Positions 47,096-58,687 of a stretch of DNA of 64,000 nucleotides are shown one piece after another; positions within the stretch are counted from its first letter, which is position 1, and every line of letters starts with the position of its first letter. The DNA comes from Octopus bimaculoides. Taxonomy: Eukaryota. Position numbers and translations under genes: made by a program. The notes below the pieces were generated by a model. The model did not search any database. It was not told the DNA's origin and was given only the letters and a program-made list of their open reading frames with translations. The DNA lies in contig NC_069006.1 in NCBI RefSeq assembly GCF_001194135.2, forward strand, positions 25,979,054 through 26,043,053. The letters run 5' to 3'.

Positions 47096-47617
47096 TATAC
47101 ATATATATATATATATAGGGAGAGAATTGAGAGTTTACCTACAAGACACACTGTATTAACTAATGCTCCCCCCACCTCCACCACCTTTTAACAGACATAA
47201 CAATGTATTTAAAGCCAAATTTTCATCAGTATAATCCTGTTATCTTGTTCTCTTATTTCAGTGGGGCCTCAATCTGTCACACTGTGTTCATTTCCTATTA
47301 CAATAAACCTGAAATAATACCATCCCAAACATAATCACCGATAGCATCGTCGTAGCAGCACCGTAGTCATCAGCTTTAATACCCTATGCCACTTAGTGTA
47401 CAATTACCTCAGCATTTACCACCTCTACTTCGCATTTCCTGTCCAATGTAACCTTAGCAGCCATCATTTCTGATGTTCTTCATAAAGAAGATAAACACTT
47501 CCCTTCCCACTCCCTGGTGAATAACTTTTTCTCTTTATTGCAATATGGCTAAGTCTATCTATGTACGGATGTGTGTGTATTTATGAGCACATTGCTACTT
47601 TGAATGTATTTATATAG

Positions 47618-47790
47618 GTGCAGGTATGACCGTGTGGTAAGAAGGCTTGCTTCCCAACCATAGGGTTCTGGGTTCAGTCCCATCACCACGTGGCACCTTG
47701 AGCAAGTGTCTTCTGCTATAGTCTCAGGCTGATCAAAGCCTTGCAAATGGATTTGGTTGACGGAAACTGAAAGAAGCTTGTCAAGTGTAT
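47618..47790 (+). mobile_element. SINE family A, 5' half
   Basis: GTGTGGTAAGAAGGCTTGCTTCCCAACC..GGTTCAGTCCC..CACCTTGAGCAAGTGTCTTC..GACGGAAACTGAAAGAAGC. Confidence 0.9.
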
Positions 47791-47795
47791 GTGCA

Positions 47796-47854
<59 letters not shown>

Positions 47855-47917
47855 CCCATACTCTCGGAGTGGTTGGCATTAGGAANNNNNNNNNNATATA
47901 TATATACACACATCCCA

Positions 47918-48078
47918 TACTCTCGGAGTGGTTGGCATTAGGAAGGGCATCCAGCCATAGAAACCATGCCGAATCAGACTGGAGTCTGGCGCAGCTCCCC
48001 AGCTTGCCACCTCTGGTCAAACTGTCCAACCCATGCCAGCATGGACGACAGACATTAAATGATGATGATGATGATGAT
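47918..48078 (+). mobile_element. Family D (RTE-type 3' end)
   Basis: CGGAGTGGTTGGCATTAGGAAGGGCATCCAGCC..CAAACTGTCCAACCCATGCCAGCATGGAC..ATTAAATGATGATG. Confidence 0.85.
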
Positions 48079-48154
48079 ATTGATATGTGTGTATACATAC
48101 ACACACACACACACACACACATACACATATATGTATACATATATACACATATGT

Positions 48155-48197
<43 letters not shown>

Positions 48198-49336
48198 AAC
48201 ACACATATCTATACATATATATGTATATCATGGTTCCCGTTTAAAGCACTCTGTAGGACTGTACAAGAACCCTCGTCTCCTACACTCTGCTATAATTATT
48301 CTGATAAAATTGGATAAGAGCTATCTTTCTGACATCACCGCCGTTACCAACAGCTTCATTACATTACATAAAGAATTCTCTTGGCATATTATGGTAAACT
48401 CTTAATTCCCTCACAGCAAACTCTTCGAGTCGAGATAGCAAAGATTTTATGGCTAGATGAGCAGCAAGCAACAGATTAAAACCAGTTTTAATAGCCCAGA
48501 TTTTATCATGATTAAGAGATTTAATAACTGCTTTATCCAGCTGCACTTAAACAACTAAATCAGGTTAGAAAATGGTCCTGGCTTGGTTGAGGGAATGGCA
48601 TCTGGGAATTAGTGGAGAAACCAACTAAAAAATGAAATAAGAAATACAAAAAAAAAAATAGAGACTTCAACTCCAGTGTGTATCTAGTGTTCTAGAAAAT
48701 TTTCGCTACTTAAAATCAATATTANNNNNNNNNNNNNNNNNNNNNNNNNNNNNNNNNNNNNNNNNNNNNNNNNNNNNNNNNNNNNNNNNNNNNNNNNNNN
48801 NNNNNNNNNNNNNNNNNNNNNNNNNNNNNNNNNNNNNNNNNNNNNNNNNNNNNNNNNNNNNNNNNNNNNNNNNNNNNNNNNNNNNNNNNNNNNNNNNNNN
48901 NNNNNNNNNNNNNNNNNNNNNNNNNNNNNNNNNNNNNNNNNNNNNNNNNNNNNNNNNNNNNNNNNNNNNNNNNNNNNNNNNNNNNNNNNNNNNNNNNNNN
49001 NNNNNNNNNNNNNNNNNNNNNNNNNNNNNNNNNNNNNNNNNNNNNNNNNNNNNNNNNNNNNNNNNNNNNNNNNNNNNNNNNNNNNNNNNNNNNNNNNNNN
49101 NNNNNNNNNNNNNNNNNNNNNNNNNNNNNNNNNNNNNNNNNNNNNNNNNNNNNNNNNNNNNNNNNNNNNNNNNNNNNNNNNNNNNNNNNNNNNNNNNNNN
49201 NNNNNNNNNNNNNNNNNNNNNNNNNNNNNNNNNNNNNNNNNNNNNNNNNNNNNNNNNNNNNNNNNNNNNNNNNNNNNNNNNNNNNNNNNNNNNNNNNNNN
49301 NNNNNNNNNNNNNNNNNNNNNNNNNNNNNNNNNNTA

Positions 49337-49377
<41 letters not shown>

Positions 49378-49641
49378 TTGGATTAAAAAAAAATATATAT
49401 ACATTTAAACACACACATGTATAAACATACATATATATATGGGTTAGTGAAATACAGGTGTTTACAGAGGACCATATGGTATACACAGGCGTGTATATCT
49501 CCCTAAGCAGTTCCATACACTTATATAAATAATACATACCATTCTACATCCACGCAATCACAATTATGCATCTATCTACACAGATTCATCATAATTATAC
49601 TCCAATTTCCAACCAGCCAACAATTCACACACACACCTTAA

Positions 49642-49689
<48 letters not shown>

Positions 49690-50235
49690 CATATGACTGA
49701 GTTATGCTCTCCTGTGAAAACACCCTCCTCCCTGGAGCTGTTAGGAGCATAAATTCACTGACACTGCAGTTCCAGCCTGTGTTGTGTGTGTATATTTGGG
49801 CCAGGATGTATTTCATGCTAACGGAATACTTCCTTTCTGCGAAAGCATCATTTCTTTTGAATAATTACAAAACTTGCATCCTGTGCCAGGAGATATGATA
49901 CTACTGGGATTCTAGCATCAAAACGCCACACACTAATGTATACTGCCATATCCTGACTACTAAGACATCACTTCTGCCATTTCTCCACGCACACACACAC
50001 ATATATGTATATTTATTTATATATACATACATACACACATTTATATGTGTGTGTGTGTGTGTAACCACACCTAAATGTTTTACTATATTAATCAAATCAC
50101 ACATAATCTCTCATCTCTTACTTTCTGTCACTGCAAGCAGATGTGTCTCTTTCCATCATGATCCACTTCCAATATCATGTATGTATGTATTTACATAGGT
50201 AGATAGGCATCTATGAATGTAGGAAGGTATATATT

Positions 50236-50287
<52 letters not shown>

Positions 50288-51242
50288 TGTCTGTATTGTC
50301 TTAAAAGTAACAAGATAAGTCACTTAATAGTTACAGAAATTGTACGTGTTGCGGATGTGTTGGGCATATAGTAATATATATANNNNNNNNNNNNNNNNNN
50401 NNNNNNNNNNNNNNNNNNNNNNNNNNNNNNNNNNNNNNNNNNNNNNNNNNNNNNNNNNNNNNNNNNNNNNNNNNNNNNNNNNNNNNNNNNNNNNNNNNNN
50501 NNNNNNNNNNNNNNNNNNNNNNNNNNNNNNNNNNNNNNNNNNNNNNNNNNNNNNNNNNNNNNNNNNNNNNNNNNNNNNNNNNNNNNNNNNNNNNNNNNNN
50601 NNNNNNNNNNNNNNNNNNNNNNNNNNNNNNNNNNNNNNNNNNNNNNNNNNNNNNNNNNNNNNNNNNNNNNNNNNNNNNNNNNNNNNNNNNNNNNNNNNNN
50701 NNNNNNNNNNNNNNNNNNNNNNNNNNNNNNNNNNNNNNNNNNNNNNNNNNNNNNNNNNNNNNNNNNNNNNNNNNNNNNNNNNNNNNNNNNNNNNNNNNNN
50801 NNNNNNNNNNNNNNNNNNNNNNNNNNNNNNNNNNNNNNNNNNNNNNNNNNNNNNNNNNNNNNNNNNNNNNNNNNNNNNNNNNNNNNNNNNNNNNNNNNNN
50901 NNNNNNNNNNNNNNNNNNNNNNNNNNNNNNNNNNNNNNNNNNNNNNNNNNNNNNNNNNNNNNNNNNNNNNNNNNNNNNNNNNNNNNNNNNNNNNNNNNNN
51001 NNNNNNNNNNNNNNNNNNNNNNNNNNNNNNNNNNNNNNNNNNNNNNNNNNNNNNNNNNNNNNNNNNNNNNNNNNNNNNNNNNNNNNNNNNNNNNNNNNNN
51101 NNNNNNNNNNNNNNNNNNNNNNNNNNNNNNNNNNNNNNNNNNNNNNNNNNNNNNNNNNNNNNNNNNNNNNNNNNNNNNNNNNNNNNNNNNNNNNNNNNNN
51201 NNNNNNNNNNNNNNNNNNNNNNNNNNNNNNNNNNNNNNNNNN

Positions 51243-51295
<53 letters not shown>

Positions 51296-52598
51296 TTATG
51301 TATAATGTGTGTGCATTTAAGTGTGGAGAATGTTACAAGAATCACAGGGAGAGGATCATTTGAGCTAAACATAATGTCCTGAGTGGTTTTATTGGCAAAA
51401 TTTGGCCAATCATCCACATTGTAAAAATGTCTGCTGCAATGCATGGGAATTGTCATCTGGTCATGTTAGACGTTTCCAAAGAAGTAGGGGTTGTGTAAAA
51501 ACTTTGTGCCTCATGATTTTACAAGATCAATATGAAGGCCACATCATGTTGTTTTGTGTTTTGGAGAAGAAAAACAAGAGAAACACATCACCATCAGGGA
51601 AGTAGTTGATTGGTTGAATATTGATGAAGACTTACTGAGAAGTTGCTATAAGAGGGGGCATGACCCTGGGAACAGGGAGGGCAAGTGCAACCCCTAAAAT
51701 TTTTCTTGGGTGCAAGATTAAAATTTGCATCCCCACTTTTCTCAGGTTTTGTTATCATTTTATTATTTTTTTTGTGCAGATGACGTCACTAGGTAATTTC
51801 CATGCAGACATCTTGCTTTTTTACTCTGGCATTCCATTTAGATAGAAAAGAGAAAATAGCATTTTCATTCCACTGTTAAGTAATTGGTAACCATTATCTA
51901 TTAATGCTAGGATACAAATTTAAGAGACCCCAGGTAACATTCCACAGCAATGTAGAAAACTGGAGATTTATCAACAACAACAACAACAGCAATAAACTGT
52001 TCTAGCTGTTCATCTTCATCGGAGTGTGACTGTATTTGGTTAGAAGGAGGGGAGAAAACTATAAAGAATCAACAGACAAAATAGGAATTATAGATTCTTA
52101 GAAGACAGTAAAAGAGAGATTCAAAACCATATTGTAGATTATCAGATTATCTTGACATTTCTGAAACGGCAGCAGCAGATGTAGGAGAGCAGAAGACTAT
52201 CTCTGGTGAAGAATATGACACTGAGAAGGGGATATATATGAGAGAGACAGAGCCTAGCATGGAACAGCTGTTTCATGTGAATTAGATGAGATATTGGGGG
52301 CGATTGTGTGCTGGGGCTTTCCGTGTGTGTGGCGTGCATTAATGCAGAGCTACATGTAGATATACTCTCACTGTCACACACACACACAGGGACACACACA
52401 TACACATACACATGAAGATATTGTACACTTAGAGATATATTTATGAGAAGCATTCCAAGAGGTAACATCAAAATTTACAAGTACACTACAACCGAAATAG
52501 ATAAACGAACACAAACAGGGGACAACATGATGTATCCCCCACCACACACACACACATATACACTGAAAACAAAAGAACAAAACAAACAAACATGGCAG

Positions 52599-52629
<31 letters not shown>

Positions 52630-53033
52630 TGCCGTCATCATTTGTCTGCCATAGCAGATAGCTACATCTTTTCTTTTACTCATTGCAAATTTCATCACCC
52701 TCTCTAGTCTCATTGGTCAGGTGGTTAGTTCCATGGCCAATGGCAAGATCTGAATCCCTCAGTAGAATTTGAACTTACACACAGTATCTTTCTTTCAATT
52801 TATTCCCCCCCCCCCCCCNNNNNNNNNNNNNNNNNNNNNNNCCCCCCACCGCTCTCTTAGGTTTGGCTACATCCATTGTTCCGAAAGACAACAGCCAAAA
52901 GAGTAAGTAGGACCATCTTAAAACAGTAGAATAGCTTGTGTTTGGTGTGAGATCAAACCCCATCAAGGCATATTTGCCTCTCCTCCGTCAATATGACAAA
53001 ATAGATACCAGTCATGTACTGGACACCATTTCT

Positions 53034-53065
<32 letters not shown>

Positions 53066-53724
53066 ATGACAGAGAGAACGTAGTAAATGAATACAGAGGC
53101 AGCCATGTATGAATGAAGGCAGCTTGTTTCCTGTCCAGCAGCAAATATTAAAACCTCTCCACGTCTGGACTGTATTTAAGTTACGACAATAGAAAATCCA
53201 TGTTGAACAAGAGCATAACCAACAAGCTCCCCCACATTTCCATTCTGTTACCTAACGAGAAGAAATGGTTGAGTCAATATTAACAAACAGTTAATTAATG
53301 ACTTGAAACGAGGACAAATCTTTCTTTACACATTTTAGTTAATACTAGAATGTATTTTATACAGTGTTAACTATTAAAGCAGCCATCAATATCACGAACA
53401 GCTAACGTTGCCACGTAACTCTGTGCGGACATCTGTGTGTGTGTGTGTGTGTGTGGTTGATTTTGTCTTTGCACAGAACCAGCAGCTTGCCTCCAGGATA
53501 CGACATATTGTATAAAACTGGTCGAGTGTACTTAACACCCAAGCAATTTGTTAAAAATAATAAAATTTCAGCAAACTAAACAAATTATATTTTTGCTTTG
53601 TCAGCCTTGATTAATAAACGAAAAAAGAAAAAGAAAGAAAAAACAAACGTAAAAAAAGCCGTCGACACGTTGTGTCAATAATTAGTGAAATGCGAAAATA
53701 GACATTATAACGAGCAAGTGGGAT

Positions 53725-53820
53725 GCAGGCAGTGACTATGTGATTAACAAGTTTACTTTGTAAGTAGGTGGTTTTCGGTTCAATCCCACTCCATGATAGT
53801 GTCTTCTGTCATAGTCTTAT
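53725..53820 (+). mobile_element. SINE family A head, highly diverged
   Basis: GCAGGCAGTGACTATGTGATTAACAAGTTTAC..GGTTCAATCCCAC..GTGTCTTCTGTCATAGTC. Confidence 0.5.
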
Positions 53821-54035
53821 GGTAATGGAAAGCGTTGTGAGTGGGTGACATCCTGCCTGAGGGCCTGGGTAGGCTGCCACAGTTGGTCTTGAGTAGTAGA
53901 CTCAATCCATTACCCTATCTAACACTGCCATCCCCATCATCATCACCATCACCACCACCATCAACATATCATCATCATCATCATCATCATCATCAACTTC
54001 ATCACCACCGTCATCATCACCACCACCATTGTAAG

Positions 54036-54255
54036 TACAAGGAGGTTCCTGGCTTTAAGGGTATCACGAAAAGCCTGGTTGGAGGCCCAACCTTCCGAGT
54101 TCTTTTACAGGGCTTAGAAAAACTGAAGGACCCCTGCAATAAGTGTGTGAATCTGAGAGGAGGGGAATATTTTGAATGAAATCATAATTAACTGATCCTC
54201 ATCCTGTATTTTCTTTTATCCAAAGCCTGGAACTTTTCAGCCCCCCCCCCTCATA
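54036..54255. mobile_element. Mariner-derived MITE
   Basis: TA at both ends; left end GTTCCTGGCTTT (internal deletion) complementary to right end AAAGCCTGGAACTTTTCAGC(C)nTCATA; same TIR family as 22074. Confidence 0.75.
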
Positions 54256-54634
54256 CATACCTGGCATTTTATCAATCTCTGCTTGATGAAAGGTAAAGTC
54301 AACTGTTGTCACATTTAGATGTTGACCACCAAAACTAAATTCTACCAACTCATAATATTTCCTTGCTTCTGCAAATTCTTTAACTCTTTTGATATCAACC
54401 TACCTTATACAGTTTCTGGTTTTATCAAAGAAATGCTGGTAGAGCTAGAATTTGTGCTGCCTAAAATGGTCCTAGAATTTGGTTGCCCTTCCCCATGAAA
54501 AATATCTCATAATGCATACAATTACCACCCAAGGTGAACTACACTACTTTATTCCACTTCACCCTTCTTAGCTATGCTATTGGATATGAAACCTCCTTGT
54601 TTTAAAATTATTATCATTCTTCTTCTTCTTCTTC

Positions 54635-54678
<44 letters not shown>

Positions 54679-54812
54679 ATATATATGTATATATATATAC
54701 TCTTGACTGGTGTGTGTAAAACTTACCTTGTGAAAATATACATTAATATATTTTCAGTAAAACTATTTATATGAAAACATTTGTGAAAATATATTTGGCT
54801 ATTTTTTTACTC

Positions 54813-54856
<44 letters not shown>

Positions 54857-54860
54857 AAAC

Positions 54861-54989
54861 CGAAGGGCCACTGCAATAAGTGTGTGAATCTGAGAGGAGG
54901 GGAATATGTTTAATGAAATCATAATTAACTGATCCTCATCCTGTATTTTCTTTTACCTAAAGCCAGGAACTTTTCAGCAATCCCTCATA
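54861..54989. mobile_element. Duplicate of the 3' half of the 54036-54255 MITE
   Basis: Near-identical CTGCAATAAGTGTGTGAATCTGAGAGGAGGGGAATAT..GATCCTCATCCTGTATTTTCTTTTA; same downstream flank ATACCTGGCAT. Confidence 0.85.
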
Positions 54990-55462
54990 CCTGGCATATG
55001 GTCGTGGCAGATGAAGAGATATCTCACAGTGTTAGGGACTAACTGGGACCCTGCTGGACAGGCCAACTGGGAGGAGCCAGGAATATCTCAAGACATGGTG
55101 AATGCAGCAACTCACTGCAACAGCACATTCCCCCACATCTGACCTCATCTGACAATAACCATCCCCATTGTTATCAGGGTGGGGTTATGAAAAACACACA
55201 GGTGTGACATGAAGAAGAATAAATAAATCAAAGTCGATTCAAACTGTTCAATAAGTAATCTTACCTGTGGCACATATTATATTGATCTTATAGGTTGGGT
55301 ACAGGTGGATAGGCGTCTATTATTGATATAGCTGTTGGTTCACGATGGAGGGGGGGCTGCGTTAGCAAAATATTTGACTGACATAAATATTCACACAAAT
55401 GTTTGTTTTAATTATTTGTTTTACATTTTGTCTTGTTTTGTTTTGTTTCGTTAATCAATCAG

Positions 55463-55502
55463 CCTAACAATTACTTTTCCTTGTTTACTTTTTCAGGTGA
55501 GT
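55463..55502 (+). other. Candidate recursive splice site RS4 (CAG|GTGAGT at 55496/55497)
   Basis: Canonical branch motif CTAAC (55464-55468), pyrimidine tract TTACTTTTCCTTGTTTACTTTTT, CAG, then consensus GTGAGT; second donor AAG|GTATGT at 55617/55618. Confidence 0.55.
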
Positions 55503-55804
55503 CTTTTTTCTTTAATCAATTAACATTTGTTCTGCTGATTACAATTGAAAATCCTGCAACAGCTTGAGGGAGGAGGGTTTTTAAGTGGTCCTCACCTCAC
55601 ACAGCACGTCGTTAAAGGTATGTCAACTAAAACAAAGCTAAAAAAAAAAAATAACAATAAAAAAACAAGCAAAAAAGACAATGGGATACTTTTTACTTTT
55701 CTGTTGTTTCAAAATTAATTGTATCAGTTAATATATTGATCTCTGTGTATCAGACTGCTAAGTTAATATAAAAGTGTATGATGTAAACAGCAACGTTTTG
55801 ATAT

Positions 55805-55854
<50 letters not shown>

Positions 55855-56019
55855 ATACACTGCAAGTTCCTGTATGGTGTCTGCCTCCCCGCCCTAGTTT
55901 TCCCTTACAAGGCATTGCATAACAGGAGGCTCTGATAAAGCCCTCCTTAACCAATGGGATTGAACCCAGAATCCTGTGATTGCAAAACAAAATGCCATCT
56001 CCTGAGCTTACTCTTCTTA

Positions 56020-56275
56020 TGGAGGTGTGTGTGGCTTAGTGGTTAGGGATGTTGGATTCATGATCATAAGATTGTGGTTTCAATTCTTGGACCAGGCAAT
56101 GCATTGTGTCCTTGAGCAAGACATTTCATTTCATATTACTCCAGTCCACTCAACTGGCAAAAATGAGTTAACCTGTGAGGAACTGGCGTCCCATCCAGGT
56201 TGGGAATTCATACACCATAGAAACCAGCAAACTGGCCCTTATGAACCTAGATGACTCAGGAAGGAACTTTACTCT
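56020..56275 (+). mobile_element. SINE family C (subtype C2, different tail)
   Basis: GTGGCTTAGTGGTTAGGG A box, GGTTTCAATTC B box, TGTGTCCTTGAGCAAGACA..CCAGTCCACTCAACTGGCAAAAATGAGT shared with 7274; tail diverges after AAAAATG. Confidence 0.85.
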
Positions 56276-56734
56276 CTACTTTTCTTATTAGGGGTCATAA
56301 GACCTTCGCTACCCCTAACATCCCTCTCTGTCTTCATCTCTCTCTCCTTCCCCATCTCTACCTCTCTCCTCTTAGATCTCTAGATAGACATATCCATCAT
56401 TAACATAGATATTCAGGGATGGCAGAGAAGGCTTCTTTTTTTTATTTTGCTATTGTGTTTTTTTTGTTTTTTTTAATTGTTTCTTTTCTTTTGTTGTTGT
56501 TTTTCTATTATTTGCAAATAAAAGAGAAAACCAGAAATGGTGAGAGGAGAAGATAAATATAAACAGGAATAAAAGGTTTCTTGTTGCTACGATATTTTCT
56601 CTCGAAATGGTCATCACGTTGAGATTGGTTTCAATTGCCATTTTCATTGTTGCCCTTTTGTTTGCCGTCTCTCACTTTCAACAACAACAACAACAACAAC
56701 AAGACGAAACTCCGGTGGAAATACATTTTTACAG

Positions 56735-56805
56735 GAATTTCCTTGACCAAGATTCCCACCCCCTCACCTCTTATTCAATTTCTTAATGGAATTAGAAGTC
56801 GTGAG
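56735..56805 (+). other. Candidate small exon (71 nt)
   Basis: Acceptor ATACATTTTTACAG at 56734 and consensus donor GAG|GTGAGT at 56805/56806. Confidence 0.4.
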
Positions 56806-57409
56806 GTGAGTTTCTCAGAGCAGGGCCTCTACAAGCAGACACATTAATTCATACATTCCCACACACGCATTAATTCTCACACATTAACTCATACACACAC
56901 ATTAACTCATACACACACACACACACATACATGTATGATTACTTCCTCATTTTGAATGAAACAAGCCAAGTTTATATTTAGCCATGAGAATATGTCTTGC
57001 TTAACAATGCTTATTTTTTTGCTGTGTGCCAGATATTCTGGAGGCTGGGGAAGCAACTCTACTTAGAGTACAACCAAAATCCTCACCACTTAAAAACACA
57101 GATTGGTAACAAATTCCACAAGAGACATCAACATACTTCTCTCTCTCTCTCACTCTCTCTCACTCTCTCTCACTTCCTCTCTCTTTCTCCCCCTCTCTCC
57201 CCCTCTCTCTCTGCCTTACTGTTTCTTTTAGATGATCTAAATTGTTTAGTTACCCCTGACCCTTTCCTGCTGCTATATCCCCTTCTCCCTTCTAGATTGG
57301 TTTTATACTCCCTGTACTCCTGACTCCTGTTATACTCCCAGACACTTCTCTCTAGACGCTCTTTCTCTATTGCTACCAGACTTCCTGTATTACTGCCATA
57401 CTACAGTCA

Positions 57410-57850
57410 TACACACACACACACTCTCTCTCTCTCTCTCCCCAACGCCATACACCTGGTACTGTAGCTATACACAATGCACTGATTCCATACACACACA
57501 CACACTGCAATGATTCTACACACATGTATATACACCCACACACTACTCTGGACTCTACACCCTGCACAGATTCTACAAATACACCACACACACACACACA
57601 CACATATACACACTGCACTGACTCTACACACACATGTATATACACCCACATACACACATTGCTGTTATTATACATCCTGCTCTAATTCTACATACACACA
57701 CACACACACACTATTCTGATTATACACCCTGCACTGTTTTCTACATACACACATACTGCCATTACTATACACCCTCTACTTATTCTACACACACCCTACG
57801 GCTGTTATTATTATTATTATTATACATCCTGCACTCATTCTATACACTCG
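57410..57850. repeat. Compound CA/TA-rich degenerate minisatellite
   Basis: Recurrent ACACACATGTATATACACCCACA, TATACATCCTGC and (A/T)CTCTACACAC units. Confidence 0.75.
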
Positions 57851-58438
57851 CTCTCTCTCTGCTACTGTTGCTGCATTCCCGCTACAGCTGTGACAAACCC
57901 CCATCCGCTGCCACACATCTTCCCCCCCTCCCATGCCACATTATTCTCAATATTACAACTGTTTCCTCTTCACTGTCTGCCCCCTGCCACCCGCTGCCCC
58001 CTGCCACCACCATTCTCCGTTTATTACCAAAAACCTTACAAAATAATCTTTCCTCACAACCAATTCAGCGCATTTGTGTCATGGAGGCTTTCGAAGGTCT
58101 TTTGTTTGAACATATATACATTGGGGATAACTAGGTTACGCTCGGAGAGCGTGGTCACAGCTGAATGGCTGGGGACCAGTAGAGAAAGGGGTTAGAAAAT
58201 ATGGTGGAACATAGGGCCCAGAAGGAGGGAGAGAAAGAGGAGGGGGAGTCTATGTACACGTGCTAGTTTTAGGGGAGAATTACTGGAAGTATTTCCTAAT
58301 TTCATTAGTGGTGGACACGTGCTGTGTACTTGTGGGAGATGTATGAAATGATAATAGCAGTGCTCCAGCATGGCCGTTGTCAACTAGCTGAAACCAGTGG
58401 AAGAGTAGATGTCAACAGTATATACATACATATGTACG

Positions 58439-58485
<47 letters not shown>

Positions 58486-58523
58486 GTATATATAGAGAGA
58501 GAGAGAGAACACTCTATTAGTTA

Positions 58524-58687
58524 TGATGACGTGAGTTCCAGTTGATTCGATCAATGGAAGAGCCTGCTTGTGAAATTAATGAGCAAGTGGCTGAGTACTC
58601 CACAGATGCACATACCCTTAATGTAGTTCTCAGGGAGATTCTGCATGATACAGAATGGGACAAGGCTAGCCCCCTTTGAATTACAGG
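58524..58687 (-). mobile_element. SINE C1 tail
   Basis: Reverse complement of the 7274-7581 tail. Confidence 0.8.

Noticed and set aside
47841-47945. Direct duplication of about 45 bp on both sides of a 10-N gap
   Set aside because: Identical sequence flanking a minimal gap is typical of an unmerged contig overlap (assembly artefact).
54715-54745. Minus-strand AAG|GTAAGT (and CAG|GTAAGA at 55264 and 2473) as evidence for a - strand gene or RS sites
   Set aside because: AAG acceptor or no pyrimidine tract upstream; no matching exon structure found.
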